In this document: positions 25,480-37,600 of the stretch, one piece after another
Layout of the letters: each line of letters starts with the position of its first letter
Numbering within the stretch: position 1 is the first letter of the stretch
From: Nemertoderma westbladi
Taxonomy: Eukaryota > Animalia > Xenacoelomorpha
NCBI GenBank assembly: GCA_032718475.1
Contig: JAUCBJ010006844.1
Span: forward strand, 1-64,000
Direction of reading: 5' to 3'
DNA: 64,000 nucleotides
The notes under the pieces: generated by a model
Seen by the model: only the letters and a program-made list of their open reading frames with translations
Databases searched by the model: none
Told to the model about the DNA's origin: nothing
Translations under genes and position numbers: made by a program

Positions 25480-26400
25480 TGAAGTGCTTCAAAGCGGTTT
25501 TGAACTTCTACTGTATATGCATGCATCCTTTATAGCATTGTCAGTTCTGAGTTTTTCCCAGTCATATTTGATTTGCTTGCTTGTCCTGGGTTTGCTGGCT
25601 CTCAAACTGAGTCTGATCTCTGCAGTCACAATTCTGTGGTCCGAACCAATTAGGTTGAACGAGCTGTATGCCTCGCAGTTGATCATGCTGTTTCTCCACT
25701 TTTTGTTTATGAGGATGTAATCCAGTTGTGCTTTGGTTCCATTAGGGTATTGAAAGGTCCATAGCTTCCCCTTACTCTTTTCGAATGTGTTGTTTGTTGG
25801 TATCAATTCACATTCTTCCATTAGGTCTAAAAGTAAGTACCCATTTCTGTTAGAACTGGTGTTATAGGTGTAACCCTTGATGTCTTCTGGGCCAATTTGG
25901 GCAATCAATGAATTTAACATTGTGTTTCGGAATGTCCTTTATAAGTCCAGTCAGTTCTTCATAAAACTTGACTGCTTGTTCTGGCTCTGAGGCATTGGTT
26001 GGACTGTAGCAACATATAACTGTTGCCTTGGGATTCCCATCAAATGTTGCGATCATAACCCTGGAATTTATAGATTTGTTGTTTAGAGATTTGTAGTTGT
26101 TTAGGGTCTTAAGTGCAAATGGGCTTAGCAGAATTCCTACTCCACCAATTGATGCATTGGCCGAGTTTCTTACTGCTGAGCTTGTTACTAACGTCCATCC
26201 ATTTCCAATGTCATTGTACTTCATGGCAGTGTCTTCATGACAAATCCGATGTTCTTGGATGCAGATGATGTCGATGTTATATTCCATTGCCAGAGCGACC
26301 ATGTCACCCTGTTTGGATCTACTTTTCTGGCAAACACCACGTCAACACGTAGATGTCCCTGTGGACGACTGGCTAGGATAATTAAATTTAGAGTAACATT
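25480..26400 (-). pseudogene. RTE-like LINE AP-endonuclease fragment
   Basis: IDIICIQEHR, GGVGILL, CYSPTN, LDYILIN, GSDHRIV; frameshifted. Confidence 0.85.
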
Positions 26401-27139
26401 GAATTGTATGAGTGGATAATGACAGATTGGTATATATATTATATATATATTATCTTTATAAACATATGAACACATGTCATGTTCGCAACAGTGCAGGTTT
26501 GGGCAGATTTACCAAGAATATATTAAAGTATAATATTGAAATTAATTATGATTTTGTTGCAGCATTATTTCTGATATAATTGATATCTTTGAACAAGTTC
26601 TAAATATTACATAATCGTATAAGTATATACAAGAACTTAAAAATATATATATTCAAGAACTTAAAACCAGTCCATTGATGTATTTATGATGGCCAGGACT
26701 ACCATATGCTCTGCTGCCTATAAGTAATACTTATTAAATTATAATTTGAATGGGAGAGTAAATTGGTTCTGTTTCAAATATAATTGAATTTTATTACTAT
26801 TTGGTAAAATATCGGAGGGGGGGTGGGGGCATGTTCCTGAATTAAGGGACTTTTTCATGAGATGGTGTAAGCCAATCCCCCCCCCCCCCCCCCCCTCTTT
26901 TCTGGATGTTACCTAGATTCTTACTTCGAAGGTTTATCACTCCTTCACTATCCAACTTTTTTACTCCCCCAATATAATATCCTCAATTAAGACATTATGT
27001 ATTACAGTAGTAGCACGAGAACAAAATATAGGTATATAATTTACTTGTTTCCAATCTAGTATCCCCAGCAACAAATGCGTGTTATTAAATTAACAAAATG
27101 ACGATGACGATGAGCCCTCGCGTTACTAACACGAGTACT

Positions 27140-28410
27140 GACCCCTAGCCGAGACCATTGAGAGACTGCTCCGTGGAAATCAGAATGGGTTCCGTAAAGA
27201 TCGTGGGACCATGGGGCCCATTTTGGCACTTAGAAGGATAATTGAAGAGTTATCAAAAGAGAAAGACAGGCATCTGGCTGTTATCTTTGCTGACTTCTTC
27301 AAGGCCTTTGATTCAGTCTCTCGCTCACGTAAGTTCAGCATACTTTCATTATATGGGATTCCTGATGAAATTATTGCAGCAATCAGATCAGTATGCGATG
27401 GTTAACAACATTTGTGTCTACTGTTGACGGTGACACAGAACCATTTGAAGTGTTATGGGGCGTCTTCCAGGGAGACACACTTGCACCATTCTTGTTCATA
27501 ATTGTGGTTGACTATGTTCTACGCACGTCCTTAGATCATCATAATGATGATGGGGTGTTGATAACTCCACCTACTGGCGCCAGAATTCGAGGAAATCCTG
27601 CCAAGTACCGGTACCTAACTGATCTATCTAGACTTTGCTGATGACTTAGGAGTACTCTCAGAATCACTAGAGGGAGCCCAACGGCTCCTCAGCTCATTAG
27701 AACATGCTGCTTCTAGTGTTGGTCTTTTTATTAACATCAGGAAGACCAAAATTTTGACAGTTAACTTTGAAAGTCATCAGCAAGTCTCTGATCGGTTGAG
27801 CATAAGCTCAAAAGATGGTATTCTTGAGCATGTGGACGACTTCTGTTACCTGGGATCATGGAACCGGAAGTCAGGTGAGGACCTTTGAATACGTAAGGGA
27901 AAGGCATGGGCAGCCTTGAATAGGCTTTCCAGGATTTGGAAGTAACCGAGAATTAATCAGAACCTTAAGGTCCGATTATTTAGAGCAGCAGTAGTTCCAG
28001 TACTCCTCTATGGGAGTCAATGCTGGGCTCTAACTGCTGAGGACACCAAATCTCTGGATGGCACATTCACAAGAATGCTACGCCGGGTTCATTGTGTCAA
28101 GTACAATGCACACATCTCCAACCAGACACTATATAACATTGGAGGTGTCTCATTGGTTCCCCCAAGCTTGACACTAGAACAAAATCGCCTCCGCTTTGCA
28201 GGACATTGCTTTCGCCGTGAGGACCAGCCAGTGCATAATCTTGTACTTTGGCAGCCTCATGGAGTGAATAAGCAAGGTGGACAGCCCATGACTTTCTTGA
28301 GACGCATCTTATAGGACACTGGCCTTGAAGATGCGGATGATCTAGCAAATGTCATGGGTGATAGGGAGTTGTGGTGGCGCAATTTTGTCGACCAGCCGGC
28401 ACAGCATTCT
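27140..28410 (+). pseudogene. RTE-like LINE RT/C-terminal fragment
   Basis: QNGFRKDR, FADFFKAFDSV, GVFQGDTLAPFLF, DFADD, YLGS, LRFAGHCFR; several stops. Confidence 0.85.
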
Positions 28411-28835
28411 TAAAAATGCAGCTGCAATGCAGCATGCCGATCCTAGTAGTAGTCTACATACTGTATGGTATAATTGAGTTAGGTAAGTTACACAGGATTA
28501 TAAGATATCTATCTAAATTTTAGTGTTGTAGTTTTTATCATCCATACACTAATTCAAAGAGTTAATAGGGCAAACACACACAAACACCACAAACACCAAA
28601 CATGTGTTTAGTTTGTTAAATAGTTAATGTCCTAGAAATGTGACATTAAGGGATAGGATCAGGTTACAGGGGCGTTGTTTTCTAACCAAAACAACAAACC
28701 TAACTTTATTTTATATACGACCATTATAAACGATAAAAGCGTGAGGAATAAATTATTATTCTGATAGAGTTTGCATTCATGTTGATATCAGATAAGTAGA
28801 TAGCGGGACAATGAATTGCAATAATTATTTAATTA

Positions 28836-28877
28836 TCACAATATTTCAACTGCCTTGCGGAGGCCTTCCTCAGGTGA
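28836..28877 (-). ncRNA. Second, more degenerate minimal hammerhead-like motif
   Basis: Minus strand TCAC CTGAGGA AGGCCTCCGCAAGGCAGTT GAAA TATT GTGA. Confidence 0.5.
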
Positions 28878-29214
28878 GGAATTTAATCAACTACTGTCAT
28901 TATTTACCAATTTGTTCCCTATTTGGTAAATTTGATGTAGGGTGGATGCGGGCGGGTTTATTATACAGTATTTATTTATCTCTTTAATTGTCTAAAAACT
29001 AAAAAACTGTATTTATTCCTTCTGCATTCTCTTTGTAATTATTGATTTAATAACTTGCGGAAAATGTGCCTATTCATCTTTGTTTTATTGGAATTAGCTT
29101 GGTTTTGGGTAGGCGGGAACTTTGAATTTTAACTTGTACATTATTATTGTTATATTTTATGCAATTATTCCGGTAGTTTAGGGTTTCTCCGTAAACAGTA
29201 GTTGATTAAATTAC

Positions 29215-29257
29215 TCACCTGAGGAAGGCTCCCGCAAGGGGAGTTGAAATATTGTGA
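29215..29257 (+). ncRNA. Minimal type I hammerhead-like ribozyme
   Basis: UCAC-CUGAGGA-A-GGCUCCC(GCAAG)GGGAGUU-GAAA-UA-UU-GUGA: core boxes, stem I UCAC/GUGA, palindromic AAUAUU stem III. Confidence 0.6.
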
Positions 29258-29987
29258 TTTATCCCGCTATCTACTTATATAAATTATTATTTTATTTTAT
29301 TTATTTCTTAAGGTCAAGAAAGAAGTAAATAACTTATCATTACGTATGTAAAACCAACAAACCAAAAAGCAACCGTGACGATGACTTGCTTGCAATTGTT
29401 AGACAGTCTTATTATATATACCACCTCACCTTACAACAGAACAAGATGATATAATATTAAAATAAATTATGATTTGTGGGTCGAGCCACAAAGCTGGCAA
29501 TGCTGCGCTTTTAGGGGGTTGGGTAAATTTTGTAAAATAGTTGTCATTGTCGGTGTTACCATTTTGTCATGCTAATTATTGCTGAATGCAACCAAATGCT
29601 GAATCATTCTTTATAAAGGTGATTCATCTACAGTTCTCCAGTCTACCGCTAGATGGCGAACATATGAAAGTGATAATAACGTTGTCCATTTCGTTGATCT
29701 TAATATGTATAAGCTGATTCTTGGAGTATAATATACTCCAAGTTATTATGAGAGTTATGTAGATTGTTATGTAACATAACAAATGCTGCGTCTTTTTGAG
29801 AAATGCATGTAGTTGAGCTGTTGGGTTGCATGCAGTTGAGCTGTCTTATTAATACCTAGCAAAGTCAATGTAGCAATATGGCCTGTCGGCCAATCAAAGG
29901 GAAGATCATGTGTTGAGCAATTTATTATATTGTCATACAGTAAACGGGTTTCACACACACATATATATATAGATATACGTTCGGGCT

Positions 29988-30540
29988 GAAGGGCCACTTT
30001 TGTATATCAAAAGTGGCCCTATTGCGACTTGGGGGGTATTAAAAAGTGGCCCTTTAGCCCCTTTTTGGCCCTTTAGCCCGAAACCGCAAACGGGCTTGGA
30101 TGGCCCTTTGTGTATATCCTTCCTCTAAAAAGTTATGCACCTTCACTTTATTACTAAATGAAAACACAATTTTCGGCCCACTTACCAAAATGTATAAAAT
30201 GGAATTAGGGCCAAAAAAGTCAAAAGGGCCAAAATTTGCCAAAATTGGCCCTCTTACTGTCTGGAATAATATATCATTGGCCCGAACTGAGCTTACTATA
30301 TAGTGAAGAAAGAAAGGGCCATAATAGGCCCTATTTGATCTGACTTCATATGAAATTTATCAAATTAGTTGAGAAGGAAACGGGCCGAACTGAAAATGTG
30401 ATAAATAACATTAGGGCCATTATACAGTGGCCCTTTTGAATTCAATTTGATCCTACAAATAAACTGAGCTGAGAATTTGAGTGGCCCACTTGTTTCAAAA
30501 TTGATTTATTAAATAAAATGACCCGAAGAAGGGGCCATTT
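29988..30540. repeat. GGCCC/GGGCC-rich repetitive segment, probable non-autonomous element
   Basis: More than a dozen GGCCC/GGGCC sites in AT-rich DNA; 13-bp hairpin AGGGCCACTTTTG-TATAT-CAAAAGTGGCCCT at the left edge. Confidence 0.5.
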
Positions 30541-30780
30541 TTACCATCCCACGTGTACTGTGCCTTGGCCGCGTTCTATCGATATTATAGTGTATATTGT
30601 ACTGTGTTTCATTAAGCATATAAAACTACTTATAATGATCTAATGCAAATAAGTCATACTGTCATACACTCAAAGTAGTTGCAATCAGTGACTCACCAAC
30701 AAACCGTGAAAGCAAGGCAAAATACGTCGGATTTTAAAAGTTTTTTACGTAGTTACTAATATACAAATAGCTACCTAACA

Positions 30781-31783
30781 GTGAAATATTTCCACCAGGA
30801 CCACTTCAGGGAGATGCACGAGAGACGAGTGGTCGGGACCTACAGGACGCCGTCGCTGGACAACTCGATCCTCGAGCATTTTCGCTACGTAGTGAAGGGA
30901 GATGAAGCGAAGTTCGGGATACCAAAGTATCTGAGGCAACCACCGAGAAAGGAATGGAGGAGGTTTGAGGAGTCTGAGTAGGGGCGGATACATGGTCCTA
31001 GACGACGAGGGGACTGTGGAGGACGACAAGGGCTCGAGAAGAGGGTCAGCGGGATCGGCAAGAACCATACTACTGCATTTGGCTGCACCAAATGGAGACA
31101 TCTTTCTCTTCGATCTAGGAACCTACGGGAAGAAGAGCGGGCCGAAGTTAAACTGGTTGCCAAGGGTGGTGCAGGACCTAGTGAGGGAGAAGACTACGGT
31201 GAAGGTGGGATCGGCGATCCACGACGATGCGGAGATGATCGTCGGACCGGAGACCCCCAACCTCCTGGACATGCAAGCAGTCTATATGGCCATAATGGGG
31301 CCAGACGGGTTGGGATTGGTAGAGAACACAGGACATTGCGGAGCAGTGGCGATGGGTCAGCTCATGGGGCTCGTCTGCCACAAGCCGATGGACTGGGGTA
31401 AGTTCCGGGAGGAGTACGGAGTGGAGCTGGGGAACTCACTAAAATGGGGAGCGAGGCCAGGGAAACAGGAAGTGTATCAGTTCCAAAAGGGAGCGATAAA
31501 GATATATCAGAAGATATATATCCTACAGGAGGATTGGATAATGATAGGTTTACTAAACCTATTCATGGCCGTGGTTATCGGAAGAGAGCCAATGGCGTTT
31601 CTGCTATCAGGAGCACCTCTAAACTACAGAAGAGCCTTTAAGGTGGCCTTCACATGTCTGGTAGACCACCCGGGGCTGAAGGCCGAGTCGGTGTACTACG
31701 ACAGCCGGCACCTAGTAGACAGAGAGGTGGATACACCATACAAGAGATGGGAGAATATGAGATGGTCCTTCGTCGTTTGGTAG
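30781..31783 (+). pseudogene. Third homolog of the ORF3 exonuclease, frameshifted and 3'-truncated
   Basis: WRRFEES/(frameshift)LSRGGYMVLDDEG; LPRVVQDLVREKTTVKVGSAIHDD; LDMQAV; YILQED. Motif spacing identical to ORF3 of elements B and C. Confidence 0.75.
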
Positions 31784-33672
31784 GCTCGCAAGCCTTCCAT
31801 GAAGTCGTAGGTTTTGGTGTGTCTCGTTCTAACTTGTGGGTACTGCCCACAAGGTTTGCTTGTCTTTCGGTAGGCTCGCAAGCCTTCCGCGAAGTTATAG
31901 GTTTGAACAGATAGCATAGTTATAGGTTGAACAATGTGTCAACGGTTGTGTAAAGTCAGGTTTAATCGTAGTCAGTCTGTAAATGACTGGGTTCACGCAG
32001 CACGTCACAGGTTTAACTGGTAACGGCTTACTCACCTGTTTGATTGTCATAAATATAGGTTTGTCTCTCTTTACAAGTAAACTACGGCTTACTGTAGGTG
32101 GACTACTTATCTTACCTGTGAGAATCGGCGATGAAGTCGCTCGTGGCTGCAGAATTGATTCCGATATAACAAACCTGTTACCTCGCACGGGTGATATTTC
32201 CATCAGCTTCGCAACTATGATCAGTTTTACTGGAGTTGTGGGTTTGAGCATAGGAATAACTTGGGGAAAACGTTGACAGTAATCCTCGACAAACTCCTCT
32301 CCTCGATCTATCGCTCCTACACTTCCTTCCTTGATTCGCTTCTGAATTCCGCAATATCGAGTCTCCATGCGATCCAGGGCAGACAAGTCATGTCCAGCTC
32401 GAGACCTTATAGATCTATCTCTCGCGTCGAGTTCGAGGTCTTCCTTTGCGTTCGCGACCTCGCGCGATCTACGATTCAGTTCGAACTGAAGCTGCATCTC
32501 TCTTTCGCGTTGATCGTCCTGCTGCTGTTGCGCGGCTAACTACGCTTCCCGTAGAGCTAAACGAGCGTTTATCTGTCGCACTTCTAGTTTGGCACGTGCA
32601 TCAGAAGCCGCCTTGTTTCGTGCTAACTCGGCTGCCGCTGTTTGTCACGCCAACTCCTCCTCCAATTTGCACATTTCTGATGCTTCAAATTCGGCTTGGG
32701 CATGAAGTTTAACGATTTTTGCTTCATCTTCCCGGCGTTGCCTTTCTCCTTCGATGGCAACTTGTGCCATCTGCCGTTGCGCTTCCTCCTCGGCGACTTG
32801 TTGTTGGCGTGTGATCTCCTATTGTTGAGTAATCACCGACATCGTCCTACTAATGTCAGCTTGTGCGCTAACCGTACGCTAATGAACGATCTATCCAGTT
32901 GTGGAATTTGGTAGGCTCGCGAGCCTTCCATAGTTAGAACTTCCATCGTCCCACGCGGTTCAACTTCTGGTTCTTCGATCGGTACGCCACATCTATGAAG
33001 CAAATTGGTGAGCGTCTCTAACCTCCCGTCCAGACAGTATAGTTCTTCTTCATCTTCGGGTTGCAACAACGCGTCGGAAACAGACTCACCCATCAGCTGG
33101 TCGAGTTGCTCTCATTGAGCCGATCCTACAACTTACTTAAACTGAATGAGGCTTTCCCTCGCACTTACCAACTTATCAATTATCCTTACCTGGGTAAAGT
33201 TGTCACCATGCAACTCTGCGAGTTCGTGTAAACCTTTAAGTTTATCTACGGAGGAATTAACCCTACTTTATATTCTTACTTGTAAGGTGTAGAACTCGTA
33301 TCTCGACATCGGGGTGGTTAATTCGCGCAAAACACGAAAACCTTCTCCGAAATTTCGAGTAATCTGGGCCATGTATCCTCCTATACTCCTAATAACATTC
33401 TCTTGGCTTCCAGCCAAACTTACCATGTCCGGTTCACGCGATCTGGTCTGCAGGATGGTAAGGAAATCTTCGATTCTGCTGTCGCTACGCGTTGTGGCCT
33501 CTGGTATTTCCATTCGGGGTACCGGCGACGCACGCGGTTTGACATCGGTAGAATCTTGGGTTCTCCTTCTCGGTTCATCTACTGTCGATCTGTCCGGGTC
33601 GCACGAGTCATAGTCGGTAGGTGGGTATCGAGTCGAATGTGGTGTATCACTCATGTCTATTATATACGTCAT
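31770..33672 (-). pseudogene. Decayed gag-like N-terminal region of a probable fourth LTR element
   Basis: IGGYMAQITRNF resembles LRAHAGHITRTA (element C gag) and LGALKGGITRAY (element B gag), followed by coiled-coil-like segments; broken into several ORFs. Confidence 0.5.
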
Positions 33673-35399
33673 GTATGGGTAATAAATGTCAAAGTGTCAG
33701 AATGTTGAAATGTCAAACTTACCTTAATATATATATATACTATATATATACCCTAACCGGTACAAATAAAATCAAAAGTATATAATAAAATATAATAATC
33801 TAGCCTACCGGCTAAATTTGTACGAATAAGTGAGAAAATGGATACCCGGCTTCTAACCGGTGAGGCAGATGTACAGTCTACGGTGACAGACCAAACTCAC
33901 GAGGAAACAATCCCCGCGCAGCGAATCCTAACTATTGCTAACGGACCTAAATACCGTAAACTTGCCGCAGTGTGATTTATATGGTTTATATACGAGCTAG
34001 TGGATTAACAGACTAGCGTAACAATACTGACAGTGCCAATCAGTCAAAAGGGGGTAGTGCCTAAAGTAACAATACTGTTTACAGATAAAAACAGTCAAAT
34101 AAGTAAATGCTCCCTTGCCGTAAAACTAAATATCAATTATCTCCCAAATTTAAAACTACGAATGGTTGAACTGCAGAATAGATCCTACTGAAAAGCAATC
34201 TAAAGTAAGCTAGTAAATAGTAGGTCTTGAAAGGGGGTGTGTGTGTGTGTGTTACGAATGAAACAATTTTGGTGTACTCCATTGTACTAGGTTTTAGTGA
34301 TTTCTGACCAAAACAATACTGGGCGCTAGCTACTAAAATAAGCTAGTCGCGCTCTGAAGGGCATAATACTTACAAACTGACGTCAAAACTCTCTCCTTCT
34401 TATCCACAACTTAACCAGGCAATTACGGTGTTAGTAACTACACCTGTGATCGGCACTAATACCAGATTCTGGTTGTAAGATAAGAAAATAGGTGTTAATT
34501 GTTACTGTACGTTAGCTGATCTGGTATACTAATTTGATTCTAGAACTTTGTTACTGCGGTGGTTAGCAGTAAATACCTATCATTACGTGGCAAGGCGCAG
34601 TAGGATATTAGTAACCTCCCTAGGCCAAGCATGTGCCGGTAGCAGAAATGCTCCTTGCCTGATCAAATATCTCGGGCTCAGACAGGGGGGGGGGGGGGGG
34701 GGGTGCTAATGTATAAACTACAAAGTGAACCGGTACCGAACTGTCAGTACTACAAATCACCAAATTATAGAACATGTGCTATCCGCACCTAAAGTGTACT
34801 TGCGCGTACTGACGAACAGCAATAGTGCACACCTGTAGGGAATACAGGTTAATCCGGGGATTTGGCACTGAATCTGTCGAAATCTTAGATAATTTATCCT
34901 AAATTTTACGGCATCCCAGGACGGCGTCACACTTACCCTGATATATAGGTCTTACGGCAGGCAAGGGGGTCAAACAAAGTCTTACCTTCCTCTGAAGTGG
35001 GCGCTGTATGGCAAGAGTGGAGCATTTCGAATGGGCGCGCGGGCGAATCTAAAGTGGGCGCTTAGAAGAGTGTTGTGGACATCTTTTCCCTGCGTTGCTG
35101 ACGGCCTAACGGTTTAGGCAGCCATTTCCCAAATGTTTGGCTGTCCCAAAGGTGGACTGTTAGAAATATACATGTTCAAGAGTTTACAGTATATTTACGT
35201 AATTTACAAAACCTATCACTTCACTTTACAAATAATAACTAAACTAAGCAAAGAGATATCGGAAAGTTTAGATCAGAAAACAAGGATTGTAAGTGGTGAT
35301 AACCGAAGGTTCTCTAAGCAGTTCTATAAGCCTCCGACCATGCTGGTTAACGGCACCTGTCTTAGAAACTCTGTGTACCTGAACATTAAACATTAAAAT

Positions 35400-35570
35400 A
35401 CATTAGTAAATTCATCAATATCAAATACATAATCATCTGGCACAATTTAGACCATTGGCACTTTTATCCAAAACTATGTAATCAGGTAATGTAGCAGTTT
35501 TTGCATTTAAATCACCCACCATAAGCACCTCACATTACTAAACTGGGCTATGTTATTCTATAAATTGTCA
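35400..35570 (-). pseudogene. Small LINE AP-endonuclease remnant
   Basis: Minus-strand LMVGDLNAK motif at ~35500-35525; boundaries approximate. Confidence 0.4.
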
Positions 35571-35788
35571 AACATGCCAATAGTGTTATTATTGTTAGTA
35601 CTTGTCTACATGTACTATTAATACCATTAACTCCAATTCAACTCCCCTACAGCATTATTGGTATGTAATATTTAAACACAAAACTAAAATAAATTGACAA
35701 AATACCATTACCACAAACATCTAGACTGACAACAAAGTATGAGTTGCCAAAATGCTTCATTCACAGTGGATGTATCTACTTCTCAATA

Positions 35789-37102
35789 TCACATCTCACT
35801 AACCTGACATCTAAAAGCGAACACTGCAATCAGACCGAATATAAATGGTAACCCAAACAAACTGAGAAGCGAGGAAGCAACTTCCATACCAAAATAATCA
35901 TTGAAGAATCCACCAAGAACAGGACCTGTAATAGCACCAATAGATTGTGCAATTCTAAACATTTGTTGGAGAAGTGATCTGGTATCAACATTATCGTTAT
36001 AACCACAAATATTAATCGTTAGTTGTGTTTGTGTTTCCACCCCAGGTGTTTCGTTTAGTCCATTACCGAATCCAAGGAGAGCACATCCAGTGACAGAGAT
36101 GGAGAGAACATGAGATAAACCCAATAGCTCTGTAGGACCAATTAGTTGCATTGACACTGCTAGTAAAATTGCACCAAATACAGTTGGTATGATGGTCTTC
36201 AATTTATTCATCATTAAGGACATTATTAGACCAGTAGAAGCATAAAGACCTGGAAATATCATATAAATACGACCAATATTGTACTGGTTAACATTGTAGT
36301 TGTGGTGAATGTAGGCAGCATAGTTTGCAAAGGTGAAGGATGACAATAGTCTGGAATATATATTCAAAATAAATATAAGTGAAATAGCAGGATTTCTCAG
36401 AAGCCCAATATAAGTTGGTCTATCTTTCGATTCAGATCTGTCGTAAATATAACGTGGCGACTCAAACCAGCAGTAAAGGAGAATAATAAGAAACATCAAA
36501 CCCGATATTATAAAGGGGAACTCAAATCCCAATGAAACAAAAATGGTTGAACCAAAAACTGGTGAAACCATAACTCCCACAGTGCCAGAAACCATAGCTA
36601 AACTGGCTAATAAAGTTCTTTGTTCAGGCCACAACTCCATCAATAGACTGTATGAATACATATAACTGATGTTGAGTCCAACTGCTTCTAAGGTGCGCAG
36701 AGAAAAACAAGCAAATATATATAATCCATCGTTGTCTTTTGGAATGTATTCTACAAACCCGAATGCCAACTGCGAAACTGCCCCAATAATTCCAAATAGG
36801 CCCAAAGAGATACGAATTCCCCAATTCTTTATAGAATGAGGGCAACTAATGTATATTATAAGTCTGACCATAGAAAACATTGCCAATAATGCACCAATAA
36901 GAGTCTTCGACCAACCACGCTCTTCTACAACAATTGGGAAGAATGTTTCCAGTAGATTCTGACACCAACCTGGTATCATTTGATACATTAACAACATGGC
37001 GACCAACATGTAAAGTCGCCAGCCCTTTCGCTGGCTAGTCTGATTATTATTTGTTTCATCACATGATATAAAGGAAGCAGCTCCTCCTGACATCTTGTAC
37101 AT
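35789..37102 (-). CDS. Intronless MFS transporter, SLC18B1-like, 437 aa
   Basis: About 12 hydrophobic segments; MFS-type motifs LRTLEAVG, GVMVSPVFGS..F..LGFEFPF, IGAITGPVLGG. Subfamily assignment is by resemblance only. Confidence 0.8.
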   Translation of the reverse strand: MYKMSGGAASFISCDETNNNQTSQRKGWRLYMLVAMLLMYQMIPGWCQNLLETFFPIVVEERGWSKTLIGALLAMFSMVRLIIYISCPHSIKNWGIRISLGLFGIIGAVSQLAFGFVEYIPKDNDGLYIFACFSLRTLEAVGLNISYMYSYSLLMELWPEQRTLLASLAMVSGTVGVMVSPVFGSTIFVSLGFEFPFIISGLMFLIILLYCWFESPRYIYDRSESKDRPTYIGLLRNPAISLIFILNIYSRLLSSFTFANYAAYIHHNYNVNQYNIGRIYMIFPGLYASTGLIMSLMMNKLKTIIPTVFGAILLAVSMQLIGPTELLGLSHVLSISVTGCALLGFGNGLNETPGVETQTQLTINICGYNDNVDTRSLLQQMFRIAQSIGAITGPVLGGFFNDYFGMEVASSLLSLFGLPFIFGLIAVFAFRCQVSEM

Positions 37103-37600
37103 CTACTTCAATTGAATTTAGTATTTCATATCGTATAACAAGTATTTCATACAGACTTTATGAGTAAGATTTTATCCTGTGTGTACATTTTCATTTCAAT
37201 ATTTAAAATTGATACAGTATGTTAGGTGTATGTAATCAAATATATGCAAGCTATTGATCCATGAATATATAGAAGCTATTTTTATATTATTATTTTCTTG
37301 TAACCTTTTCTAATTTTCCAATATCTTAAATACATTTAGTTTACTATGTTGCCCAGATCAATAACATTTTCATGACCTAATTGTAATTGATAGATCTTAA
37401 CATTGACTACGAAGTAAAAACCGAACAACCAAAACGAATAACGAAACGCAACCATTTTTTTGATAAATTAATTATTTTTGCCCTACATGGGGCAAAAATA
37501 ATTTTTAGGACAAAAAGTTTTGTCCTAAAATGGCATAAATATGACTAAAAAAATGTCATCTATATACAGTATAGATATATAAGCCTGTCTCTAAGAAAGG

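Larger units (their letters stand above)
28792..29278. mobile_element. Inverted-repeat unit resembling Penelope-like element terminal repeats
   Basis: 28792-28897 is an imperfect inverted copy of 29195-29278; each arm carries a minimal hammerhead-like motif. Confidence 0.6.

Noticed and set aside
24255-25535. Phe/Ile/Ser-rich ORFs
   Set aside because: Translations of the 15/17-bp arrays.
34231-34257. AAAGGGGG(TG)n-TGTTACG as PPT plus LTR start
   Set aside because: No second LTR copy or TSD in the window, and orientation conflicts with the neighbouring gag-like ORF; left unassigned.
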